NCBI GenBank assembly: GCA_002793915.1 | Contig: PFEF01000008.1 | Coordinates: 18,159-82,158 of the forward strand | Length of the DNA: 64,000 bases | Source: Candidatus Ryanbacteria bacterium CG10_big_fil_rev_8_21_14_0_10_43_42 | GTDB taxonomy: Bacteria > Patescibacteriota > Minisyncoccia > Ryanbacterales > 2-02-FULL-48-12 | Direction: 5' to 3' | Part shown: positions 9,909 to 18,806 of the stretch, one piece after another | How positions within the stretch are numbered: position 1 is the stretch's first letter | How the letters are laid out: each line of letters opens with the position of its first letter | Notes under the pieces: model-generated | The model's input: the letters and a program-made list of their open reading frames with translations, nothing else | Told to the model about the DNA's origin: nothing | Databases searched by the model: none | Made by a program: the position numbers and the translations under genes

Positions 9909-10949
9909 CTAGAAAGGATTTTTAGCGCCCCGAACTTCAAAATGCACATGACATCCCGTGGACCGTCCGGTTGATCCGATCGTACCAATCGTTTGCCCCT
10001 GCACGACGTACTGTCCAATGGAAACCCAGTTTGCGGTATTGTGCGCATAAAGCGTCTGGGTGCCGTTTGCATGTGATATTACGATATAATTTCCGTACCC
10101 GCCATTCCATCCGGATGCCCGAGAGACAATTACCGTTCCGGAGGCGGATGCATAAATAGGGGAACCACACGAAAGTGCTAAATCCACACCATTAAACCCA
10201 TGTAAATCTTGTGTTTTCTTTCCACCACCTACAGGACGGATATAATAGCCGGAAGCATCTTTTAAATTGCCTATATTAATCCGAAGCTGACTTGTACCTG
10301 CCGCTATCACGCGCTCTTTTGTTACCTCTCCATCGGGAATAATAACCTCATCCCCAACAGCAAGCACCGCATCCGCCGAAAGATCATTATAGGCAAGAAT
10401 TTCATCCAGATCTCCGCTATATTTTTTCGCAATGGACTGAAGAGTATCGCCCTTTGCAACAGCATGACGAATTCCCGTTACCGGCAAAATAACCAAAACA
10501 TCTCCCGGTTTGATAAGATCCCCGCGCGTTATATTATTCGCCCAGATAATGGTATTGGTTGTTACCCCAAACATGCGCGCAATGATGGAAATATTATCGC
10601 CCTCGCGTACGGTATAAAGCGTAATACTATCGGTCCTTATTTCTTCCACATCGGCAATGCTTCCCAAAGGACCCACCACCGGAAGAAGGGTACTCGCATC
10701 TATAATGGGAAGCGATGCTCCTCCGGTAGCCGCCGCTTTTATATCCGGATTATGTGGTGCCTCCAAAAGAGGCATGGTTTGAAGAGATGTAGTTCCGTCA
10801 TAATCCGCATCCGCTTCTTGCAACACATTATTAAGCCCTAAAAGACCGCCTATAAATGAAAAAAGCCCGGCGTGTGCCTGCTCTATAGAAAACAAGGATA
10901 TGGTAAGCGCAACTACGACAAACAGGATTGCCTTTTTAAATCGGTACAA
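9909..10949 (-). CDS. Secreted LysM (x2) + M23 peptidoglycan endopeptidase
   Basis: Signal peptide; two LysM repeats; H.GVD, LYAH, TGCHVHFEVR. Confidence 0.93.
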   Translation of the reverse strand: MYRFKKAILFVVVALTISLFSIEQAHAGLFSFIGGLLGLNNVLQEADADYDGTTSLQTMPLLEAPHNPDIKAAATGGASLPIIDASTLLPVVGPLGSIADVEEIRTDSITLYTVREGDNISIIARMFGVTTNTIIWANNITRGDLIKPGDVLVILPVTGIRHAVAKGDTLQSIAKKYSGDLDEILAYNDLSADAVLAVGDEVIIPDGEVTKERVIAAGTSQLRINIGNLKDASGYYIRPVGGGKKTQDLHGFNGVDLALSCGSPIYASASGTVIVSRASGWNGGYGNYIVISHANGTQTLYAHNTANWVSIGQYVVQGQTIGTIGSTGRSTGCHVHFEVRGAKNPF

Positions 10950-11186
10950 AGAAAGACGTTTTGATTTTTTCTGCGTACTAATGGAATTGCATATAATGAT
11001 AATCTTCTAAATATGCGGAAAAGCGACAATAACACGGAGAAATTTCAGAGTACGGAGCGTTCTATATACGTCCTACCATGATACCAATCTTACCATACCG
11101 TGCAATATTGACAATAAAATAGTATTATTGTATATTATATTTAGTTAAATTTACCTGTGTAATCTTGCGCCAAAGAGGAGGCAAGT

Positions 11187-11381
11187 ATGACCGATGTTTC
11201 GTATCTTTACGGGAACTTTGTCGAGGGTATTACAAAAAAAAGAGCCCCGGTGAAGGGAATTGTGGTAGGGTTTCAAGAAGGAGAAATTAAGGATTCTGTC
11301 CCGGAAATTTATCTTTTGATCGAGCGAGAAAATGGATTTCTGGAATCTATCTTATTTGAAGGAACAAAAGTCATAATATAA
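11187..11381 (+). CDS. Small orphan protein (64 aa)
   Basis: SD GAGGAGG; TTGACA-17-TATATT promoter at 11108; terminator at 11380-11406. Confidence 0.7.
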   Translation: MTDVSYLYGNFVEGITKKRAPVKGIVVGFQEGEIKDSVPEIYLLIERENGFLESILFEGTKVII

Positions 11382-11487
11382 GCCTGCTTACGGGGCTTTT
11401 TTCTTTGTATATTATATTGCCTGCTTTCTTATTATCCTCTAGCCGTCCTCTCATGTTATCCTTTCTGTATCGCTACACTATAATCCT

Positions 11488-13428
11488 ATGTCGCAAACAA
11501 ACATCTTAAACGATCTGAATCCCGCCCAACAAAAAGCCGTTCTTACCAAAGACGGCGCTCTTTTGGTTATTGCCGGCGCCGGATCCGGGAAAACAAAGGT
11601 GCTCGTACACCGCATTGCACGCCTTATAGAAACAGGCGTTCGTCCTGAAAACATCCTTGCCGTTACCTTTACCAACAAAGCCGCCCGCGAAATGAAGGAA
11701 CGTGCCATTCAACTATTAACAGGAAACGCACGCTCCGGCGAAACACCCACACCCAAAACCACGCCATGGATAGGCACTTTTCACGCATTGGGCGTTTATA
11801 TTCTCCGGCGACACGGCAGTCATCTGGGCATCCCCGGCAACTTTACCATTCTTGATGAAGATGAGGCGCGGGCCCTCGTGAAACGGCTTTTAAAAGAACG
11901 TTCCGCTGACCCAAAACAATTTCCGCCCGCCCGCATACGCCAAATGATTTCTCACATGAAAAATAATCCCGCGACAAAACATGACGAAGAAGAGGAACAC
12001 ACCTATCCCGAAATAATACGAGATGTATTTCGGGCGTATGAAGAAGAACTTGAACGCGCACATACGCTCGATTTTGATGATCTGCTCGTGCGCACTCTTC
12101 GCTTGCTATCCGAATATCCCGACGTTCTTGCGGCATATCACCGTACATGGCCGTACATTATGGTGGACGAATACCAAGACACAAACCATATACAATACAC
12201 CATAACGAAACTTCTAAGCAAAGGGTCCGGTAATATTATGGTAGTGGGAGATATAGATCAGGCAATTTATTCGTGGCGGGGGGCTAATTTTCGCAATATT
12301 TTGGCATTTGAAAAAGATTGGCCCAAAACAACAGTCATAACGCTTGAACAAAATTACCGCTCAACATCAATAATTCTTGAGGCGGCAAATACGCTTATCA
12401 AAAACAATAACGAACGGCGGGAAAAAAACCTCTGGACGGCAAATGAGGGAGGGGATCGTATTCGCATTACCGTAACGGACGACGAGCGACAAGAAGCGCG
12501 ATATGTTTTGCGAACCATTCATGCTCTTACCCAAAAACATACGCGCCTTAACGATATAGCTATTTTGTACCGCACCAACGCACAATCCCGTGCCATTGAG
12601 GAAGAACTAATAAAACACGCTGTTCCATACCGCCTCGTAGGAGGCACGCGATTCTACGAAAGAAAAGAAATACGGGACATGCTTGCTTATATGCGTATTG
12701 CGCAAAACCCGGAAGACGTCATAAGCATGGATCGCATTCGCAACGTTCCCGCGCGGGGCATCGGAAAGGTTCTCGCGGAAAAATACAAGAATAACATTCC
12801 TCTCACACCAAAGGAACAGAAAAAGATTTCCATTTTTGAAAACATACGGCGCATACTGGAAGAAGCGCGTGCCAAGAAACCCGTAAGCGAATTTTTACAG
12901 ACAATCATCCGGCATACGGCGTATGAATCTTTTTTGCGGGATGGAACAGCAGAGGGAGAAGACCGCTGGGCAAATATTCTTGAGCTTTTTACGGTGACAA
13001 AAGAATATGATTCCGTGCCAGCTCCGCGCGGAACGGAGCAATTTTTAGAGGAAGCATCCCTTCTTGCCGATGCCGACACGGTGGATGAAACAACGGGTGC
13101 TGTGCATCTTATGACCGTACACGCCGCAAAAGGGCTGGAATTTAATACCGTATTTGTTGTAGGACTTGAAGAGGGTGTGTTTCCCCACAGCTTAAGCGCA
13201 TTTTCAGGGGATGAACTCGAAGAAGAACGCCGCCTGTGTTATGTGGCTCTCACACGGGCAAAATCACAGCTATTCCTCACTATGGCACGTACCCGCATGC
13301 TTTACGGAGAAAAAACATGGAATGAACCGTCGCGATTTCTTGCGGAAATTCCGGAACATCTCATAACAGAAACACCATCCAAACCGGCTATTCAAGAAGA
13401 AGATATCATAGGCTACGACATAGGATAA
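11488..13428 (+). CDS. pcrA: PcrA/UvrD SF1 helicase
   Basis: AGAGSGKT, VDEYQD, YSWRGA, QNYRS, TVHAAKGLEF, EERRL.YVA.TRA. Confidence 0.95.
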   Translation: MSQTNILNDLNPAQQKAVLTKDGALLVIAGAGSGKTKVLVHRIARLIETGVRPENILAVTFTNKAAREMKERAIQLLTGNARSGETPTPKTTPWIGTFHALGVYILRRHGSHLGIPGNFTILDEDEARALVKRLLKERSADPKQFPPARIRQMISHMKNNPATKHDEEEEHTYPEIIRDVFRAYEEELERAHTLDFDDLLVRTLRLLSEYPDVLAAYHRTWPYIMVDEYQDTNHIQYTITKLLSKGSGNIMVVGDIDQAIYSWRGANFRNILAFEKDWPKTTVITLEQNYRSTSIILEAANTLIKNNNERREKNLWTANEGGDRIRITVTDDERQEARYVLRTIHALTQKHTRLNDIAILYRTNAQSRAIEEELIKHAVPYRLVGGTRFYERKEIRDMLAYMRIAQNPEDVISMDRIRNVPARGIGKVLAEKYKNNIPLTPKEQKKISIFENIRRILEEARAKKPVSEFLQTIIRHTAYESFLRDGTAEGEDRWANILELFTVTKEYDSVPAPRGTEQFLEEASLLADADTVDETTGAVHLMTVHAAKGLEFNTVFVVGLEEGVFPHSLSAFSGDELEEERRLCYVALTRAKSQLFLTMARTRMLYGEKTWNEPSRFLAEIPEHLITETPSKPAIQEEDIIGYDIG

Positions 13429-13432
13429 CAAC

Positions 13433-14182
13433 ATGCATCCCAAAAAATCCCTCGGGCAAAATTTTTTAACCTCAAAAGAAACGGCAGGGCGCATAGTACG
13501 CGCGGCTACTCTTTCGCCGGGAGACGTTGTGTTGGAGGTGGGGCCCGGAAAAGGAATATTAACAGAACTTCTTCTGGAAACAGGAGCTGTAGTATTTGCC
13601 ATAGAAAAAGATCCGCGCATGGTTCTCTTTCTGAAAGAAAAATTTGCGGATAAAAAAAACTTCACCATTACGGAAGGGGATATTTTAGACAGCACCGTCC
13701 ATGACGTACTGCCCGATACTTATTCTATTGTCGCTAATTTGCCGTATTATATTACATCACATTTCCTGCGCCTTTTTTTGGAAGAATTAAGAAAAAAACC
13801 CGTGTCCATGACGCTCATGGTACAGCGCGAGGTGGCTGATCGTATTATAGCGCGCCCGCCGCACATGAGTTTATTGTCGCTTTCCGTGCAAGCTTTTGGT
13901 ACACCAAAAAAAATACTCAACGTATCCCGCAAACAATTCTCACCGCCACCCGATGTAAATTCTGCGGTAATTACCATACAACAAATTTCTGATGCGTTCT
14001 TTATAAAAAATAATACAACGCCCCAAGAATTTTTCCCCGCAATCAAAAAAGCATTCTCCCAGAAAAGAAAAATGCTTCGTTCATCAATAGGCATTGCGGG
14101 GAAATGTTCCACAAAACGCCCACAAGAATTGTCGTTGCAAAACTGGCTGGATATAGTACCTCTAATAAAAAATGCTTTGTGA
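13433..14182 (+). CDS. rsmA: 16S rRNA m6,2A dimethyltransferase KsgA
   Basis: KKSLGQNFL, LEVGPGKG, ANLPYYI, MVQREVA.RI. Confidence 0.96.
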   Translation: MHPKKSLGQNFLTSKETAGRIVRAATLSPGDVVLEVGPGKGILTELLLETGAVVFAIEKDPRMVLFLKEKFADKKNFTITEGDILDSTVHDVLPDTYSIVANLPYYITSHFLRLFLEELRKKPVSMTLMVQREVADRIIARPPHMSLLSLSVQAFGTPKKILNVSRKQFSPPPDVNSAVITIQQISDAFFIKNNTTPQEFFPAIKKAFSQKRKMLRSSIGIAGKCSTKRPQELSLQNWLDIVPLIKNAL

Positions 14183-14199
14183 ACTCACAAAGTATTTTT
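14168..14199. terminator. Bidirectional terminator
   Basis: AAAAATGCTTTGTG/CACAAAGTATTTTT inverted repeat between convergent genes. Confidence 0.6.
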
Positions 14200-14201
14200 A
14201 C

Positions 14202-14966
14202 TTACGAGACCGGAATATATCCGTCCGGTCCTCGTTTGTAAATTTTTTCCCCCGGTGTGGCCGGAGAAAGTGAAAGAGGAGAAGATCTCGCTCGGGGAGC
14301 CACGTTCGCCTGCAATGGAATCACGAACGACTCATACTTTCTACCATTAAAGACAGAAAACGCGAGTTGTTTATATTCTCCCGACGGGAAGAATATACTG
14401 CCGGATACCGTACCTCCCGGTGCAAGCGTAGCGCTTTGTATCTGAGTTTCGTGCAAGCGTGCAAGTTCCTGCTGTGGATTTCCTGTAAGAGCATGTTGCA
14501 GTCCCGCTCCAAACATACGCCCGGCATACGGCACCGATGATCCGAGCATCACAGCCCCTATTCCGAGAGAATTTAATCCTAATGAATCAACGGGTTCGCT
14601 CCACGATTTTTGCGGAGCCAGAGCGCTTGTCTGATGTCTATACAGGCCGTTAACATCAACGCCTTGTACGGATGAGATTGTGATAGGAATATTCCCTTTG
14701 TTCGTGGCGCTAAACTGAAACTCTGTCCAACGCGCACTGCCGGACACCGGCCGAACAAACACACTAAGGGAACCGTTCCTTGTTTCCACGCCTTTACCGG
14801 GTACGCCAACCTCTTTTGGCGCAAACACACCCCCGATTGCCCGTCCGGCAAACTCACTTGCTATATTGGTTGCCGTGTACTGCATTAACGCAGGGCCTGC
14901 GGCCGTGCACCCCGAAAGGGAAAGCACAACACACCACCCCAACATCCTTGAGAGGTTCACGTTCAT
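14202..14966 (-). CDS. Orphan lipoprotein
   Basis: Lipobox LSGC; SD AAGGAGGAGG; TTGCTT-17-TATTAA promoter; Ig-like beta pattern. Confidence 0.72.
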   Translation of the reverse strand: MNVNLSRMLGWCVVLSLSGCTAAGPALMQYTATNIASEFAGRAIGGVFAPKEVGVPGKGVETRNGSLSVFVRPVSGSARWTEFQFSATNKGNIPITISSVQGVDVNGLYRHQTSALAPQKSWSEPVDSLGLNSLGIGAVMLGSSVPYAGRMFGAGLQHALTGNPQQELARLHETQIQSATLAPGGTVSGSIFFPSGEYKQLAFSVFNGRKYESFVIPLQANVAPRARSSPLSLSPATPGEKIYKRGPDGYIPVS

Positions 14967-15069
14967 AACCTCCTCCTTTCGTAAAGTTATATTGAATTAT
15001 TAATACCACATATTATTTAAAAAAGCAAGTCTGTTCTCGAATCGCATACCGTATAATACGAATCATATA

Positions 15070-16131
15070 TTACCCGCACCCGCATATACCCGTCTGTGGA
15101 TCCCATATGGCATTTGGCCAGGCGCCGCACTGTAAATTAAGGCATCCGAGCGGTATGGTGCATCCCATGGAATGCGGTCCACAATCGGGAACGCTTACAC
15201 ACACAAAACCGGTACAATTAAGTCCGCAATTACAACAGCCAATCACGCTGTTAAATCCCGGCACCGTAAAAAATGGGGCATCATCCTTATAGCAATCTCC
15301 CCCCAATCCAAATGATGATCCCCCCGTTACCCATGACGCACGTGCTTCTTGTGGAATTAAAACAAAGGCGACAGCATCCAGTATATCCCGTACAAGATCA
15401 TGCGTATTTTCCGTACTTATAAGAAACTTTTGCCCGCCAAGCATCACAGAAACCGATTTAAACTCCCTTTCATAACTCTGCCGCTCCCGCGTAACATCAT
15501 CTTTAAGCGTGGTTGTAATATGATATATATACACTTCTTTCTGCTCTTCCGTAATAAAACCGCGTTCGGCGGCATATGCCACGAGTTGCCGTAAAATAAC
15601 ACTGATTTCTTCGTCCGTAGCGGGATTCGGATTAATATCCTTTTCATCAATAAACCCTTCATTCTTCATAAGAAGCTGTACATTATACAAAGAATCCCTG
15701 TACGTCGGCGGCCATAACCGGTCAAAAACAAGCTCTTCAATCTCTTCCGGAGAACGTTCTGGTGTTTTGTCGGGGGAAGAATCTGTAGTTGCAGGAATAG
15801 AAGAATGTTCCTTTTCCGGTACCTCGTCTTGATTTATGTGCGGTAATAATGTCACCACATTGTTTTTTATCGTTTCAAACACATCATATTGAGTGTTATT
15901 ATCATCGCTTTCTTTTATTGCGGAAAATAGAGGAACTTTTTCATGCAAACCGCCCGTATATTCTTTCTCCGATAATGATACATATGACGAGGAAGAATAA
16001 TCTTTACTCTCACGAGACAACTCATTGTCTTCTCCATAGCGCGTGCCTAAAAAAACCAGGGATAGTAAAACAAAAGCAAGTACTGATCCGCCGCCTAAAA
16101 AAAATATTGTTTGTTTATCTATGCCGTACAT
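15070..16131 (-). CDS. Membrane-anchored protein with Cys-rich C-terminal domain
   Basis: Probable start MYGIDK at 16131; N-terminal TM helix; 12 Cys in the last ~75 aa. Confidence 0.75.
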   Translation of the reverse strand: MYGIDKQTIFFLGGGSVLAFVLLSLVFLGTRYGEDNELSRESKDYSSSSYVSLSEKEYTGGLHEKVPLFSAIKESDDNNTQYDVFETIKNNVVTLLPHINQDEVPEKEHSSIPATTDSSPDKTPERSPEEIEELVFDRLWPPTYRDSLYNVQLLMKNEGFIDEKDINPNPATDEEISVILRQLVAYAAERGFITEEQKEVYIYHITTTLKDDVTRERQSYEREFKSVSVMLGGQKFLISTENTHDLVRDILDAVAFVLIPQEARASWVTGGSSFGLGGDCYKDDAPFFTVPGFNSVIGCCNCGLNCTGFVCVSVPDCGPHSMGCTIPLGCLNLQCGAWPNAIWDPQTGICGCG

Positions 16132-16178
16132 ATGTACATCATATACCGTACCATGCAAAATATATAGAGGTTCATAAG

Positions 16179-16187
16179 TTATCCACA
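16179..16187 (+). promoter_or_regulatory. Perfect DnaA box in a divergent promoter region
   Basis: TTATCCACA. Confidence 0.45.
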
Positions 16188-16254
16188 CGGAAAAACATAA
16201 ATTTGTCACGGGAAAAGGTACAATATATTGTATTAGCGGTAATGTCCGTGCGTT

Positions 16255-17244
16255 TTGCAATACCTTCCTAGTAAAAAATTTTTTATATTCCTTTTTACTC
16301 TCACAATACTCTTGAGTGTGGGATGGTATTTAAATTCTCCAAAAACACATCAGACAATACAGACAAACACATCATCCAAGAAAAAGGATTCCTCCACAGG
16401 CATCATAGCCAAAAAAGATACGGACGGCGACGGACTTCTTGATTGGGAGGAAACTCTCTGGGGAATGAATCCCGACAATCCCGATACTGACGGGGATGGT
16501 ATTTCTGACAATGAAGAGGTTCTAGCACAGGAACACACGCTTTCTCTTGAATCCATCGCATCCATATCACCCGCCTCCGATACGCTTTCTGACGACGAAC
16601 CGCCTTCTCTCGTTGCTCAAATTGCCCAAGATTTCGGAAAAACGTATCTCCAACAAAAATTCACCACCTCATCAATTGATACGGAGCGCATGAGTACGGA
16701 TCTTGTAACAAAACTGCAAAATACCATTGTCGAAGAATCATCCCGAAATCTTTCCTCACCCTTTAGTGAAAAAGATATTATTGTGATAAAAGAAAACTCC
16801 TCATCCGCTCTGCTTACCTATATAAATGGGCTCGGAAATGCCATACAAAGCATGCCTCATATTGAAAAAAACGGCATACTGCTGTTTACTCTCGGACTTT
16901 CCAAACAAGAAATTATCAGTGAAGATCTTTTTACTGAAGAGCTTACGGGCTACCTGACACTTATAGAGTCGCTTAAAAAAATTCCCGTACCGAAATCCAT
17001 GGCAGATACTCATATCGCTCTGATGAATAACTTCTGGCATCAGTATCAAATTATACGCAGTCTTTCGAAAGTGGACAGCGATCCGGTTCGAGCGCTTGCG
17101 GCATTCAATCGCTATCCCGAAATTGCCGAAGAATCCCTCTCTCCTCTTGGCGCTATTATAGATAGTATTGTTCAAAACGATCTCTCCTTTACCGAAGAAG
17201 ACGGCGGTCTGGTGTTTGTCAGTTATAAGGAATTACGCAAATGA
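16255..17244 (+). CDS. Membrane-anchored protein with Ca-binding DxDGDG (thrombospondin type-3-like) repeats
   Basis: TM helix, then DTDGDGLLDWEE...NPDTDGDGISDNEE; TTG start. Confidence 0.8.
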   Translation: MQYLPSKKFFIFLFTLTILLSVGWYLNSPKTHQTIQTNTSSKKKDSSTGIIAKKDTDGDGLLDWEETLWGMNPDNPDTDGDGISDNEEVLAQEHTLSLESIASISPASDTLSDDEPPSLVAQIAQDFGKTYLQQKFTTSSIDTERMSTDLVTKLQNTIVEESSRNLSSPFSEKDIIVIKENSSSALLTYINGLGNAIQSMPHIEKNGILLFTLGLSKQEIISEDLFTEELTGYLTLIESLKKIPVPKSMADTHIALMNNFWHQYQIIRSLSKVDSDPVRALAAFNRYPEIAEESLSPLGAIIDSIVQNDLSFTEEDGGLVFVSYKELRK

Positions 17245-18788
17245 AATTTCTTTCCCTACTACGACAGTCTTTCAGATCTCACACTCTTGTTAAGGGAGGT
17301 GTTGCTCTTTTTATAGTTGGTAGTATATTCCTTCCATTCGTTCGTACGGCCGATGCCGTAGTTCCCGTACACTGCCCGACCATCTGCCAAACATGGGATG
17401 TTGCGCTTTCGGGAAAAATAGGCGCATCACCCGAAAGATGGTTTGCCACGAAAGAACATAGTTCAACCGGCCTTGCAAGCGTTACGGGGATCGTTGACGC
17501 AATAACAAACCCTTCACTCGATGCCATTCTTTGGGAAATAGCACGCGTTATCTTACGACAATTCGCTGAAAATATTATTGAATGGATTAAAACCGGCCAA
17601 GATCCGTTCTTTTTCGGCGGTACAAACGGGGGGTTATTCGTAACAAACATAGATGAGTTTGTGCTTGATGCGGCGGATAATGCGGCAGGCGTCTTTCTTT
17701 CGGAATATTTGGGAGATGCATATGATAATCTATGTTCTCCGTTTCGTCTTGATGTAGCACTTGGCCTGGGACACAGTTACGGGCGTGATTACGGCAGTTT
17801 TAAATATCAGGCACGGTGCAGTATAACCGACATTGTTGCCAACCTCGAAGATTTTTATAACGATTTTGAAAACGGCGGCTGGGAAGCATGGTTTGCAACG
17901 TCTCGCTATGAAAATAACCCCTTAGGCCTTCTTACTCTTTCCGTGGAAACTTCCATTGGCCGCGAAACGCGCGCCGCAAATGCCAACATTCTTGATTTTT
18001 CAGCCGGTCTCGGTTTTCTGGGTCTTCGCGAGTGTCCGCCGGAAAACCAGATTCCCGGCCCCACACAGGATGGAAAACCGCTTTGTAAAAATAACGGCTA
18101 CATAACAAAATCTCCCGGAAAAGCCGTAGAGGATCAATTAGCCGATGCACTTGGTCAAGATATCCGTCAGCTGGAAATAGCCGATGAAATGAACGAAATT
18201 ATTGCCGCCATTTTTGATGAACTTCTTTCCTGGGCATTGGGAGGCGCCGGCGGGGGACTCCTTGGTTACGAAAAAGGATCCGTTCCTGATTTTCCGGATC
18301 CCGGCGATACGGGAGCGCTTTCCTGTGCCCGCGCAACAGGAAAACCCAGTGGCTGTGAATGTTCATTTAATGAACAGTGCGCAAGTAAAATATGTAATGG
18401 AAGTCTGGTATGTGAGGCACCTCCAACACCGCCCGATATTCCCGGAGGAGGAACAACACAGTGCTCGGACGGTTTTGATAATGATGGCGATCGCCTTATA
18501 GATTCCGCCGATCCCGATTGTGTTGATGCAAATGACGATTCAGAAGCTTACCCTCTTCCCGAATGTAGTGATGGTCTTGATAATGACGGGGATTTACGAA
18601 TTGATTTTCCTGTTGATCCCGAATGTCCCAATGCTCTCTTCAACGACGAAACAGGAGGACCACCACCTCATTGTAGTGATGGTCTTGATAATGACGGGGA
18701 TAGCCTCATCGACTGGCCGGATGACCCGGGATGCAGAGACATATTTGATGATCGTGAAACGGATACTCCAAACCCGACTGAAAACTAA
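17241..18788 (+). CDS. T4SS-cluster secreted/membrane protein with Cys/Asp-rich C-terminal repeats
   Basis: Signal peptide, helical core, 3x CSDGxDNDGDxxID.P.DP.C. Confidence 0.8.
   Translation: MKFLSLLRQSFRSHTLVKGGVALFIVGSIFLPFVRTADAVVPVHCPTICQTWDVALSGKIGASPERWFATKEHSSTGLASVTGIVDAITNPSLDAILWEIARVILRQFAENIIEWIKTGQDPFFFGGTNGGLFVTNIDEFVLDAADNAAGVFLSEYLGDAYDNLCSPFRLDVALGLGHSYGRDYGSFKYQARCSITDIVANLEDFYNDFENGGWEAWFATSRYENNPLGLLTLSVETSIGRETRAANANILDFSAGLGFLGLRECPPENQIPGPTQDGKPLCKNNGYITKSPGKAVEDQLADALGQDIRQLEIADEMNEIIAAIFDELLSWALGGAGGGLLGYEKGSVPDFPDPGDTGALSCARATGKPSGCECSFNEQCASKICNGSLVCEAPPTPPDIPGGGTTQCSDGFDNDGDRLIDSADPDCVDANDDSEAYPLPECSDGLDNDGDLRIDFPVDPECPNALFNDETGGPPPHCSDGLDNDGDSLIDWPDDPGCRDIFDDRETDTPNPTEN
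18462..18735 (+). repeat. Three intragenic tandem repeats encoding CSDGxDNDGD motifs
   Basis: TGTAGTGATGGTCTTGATAATGACGGGGA identical at 18564 and 18672; diverged copy at 18462. Confidence 0.85.
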
Positions 18789-18806
18789 AACAAACAAGAT
18801 TACATA

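Noticed and set aside
18462-18735. 29-bp direct repeat as CRISPR or a DGR template/variable pair
   Set aside because: In-frame protein repeats; no adenine-specific mismatch pattern and no reverse transcriptase in the window.
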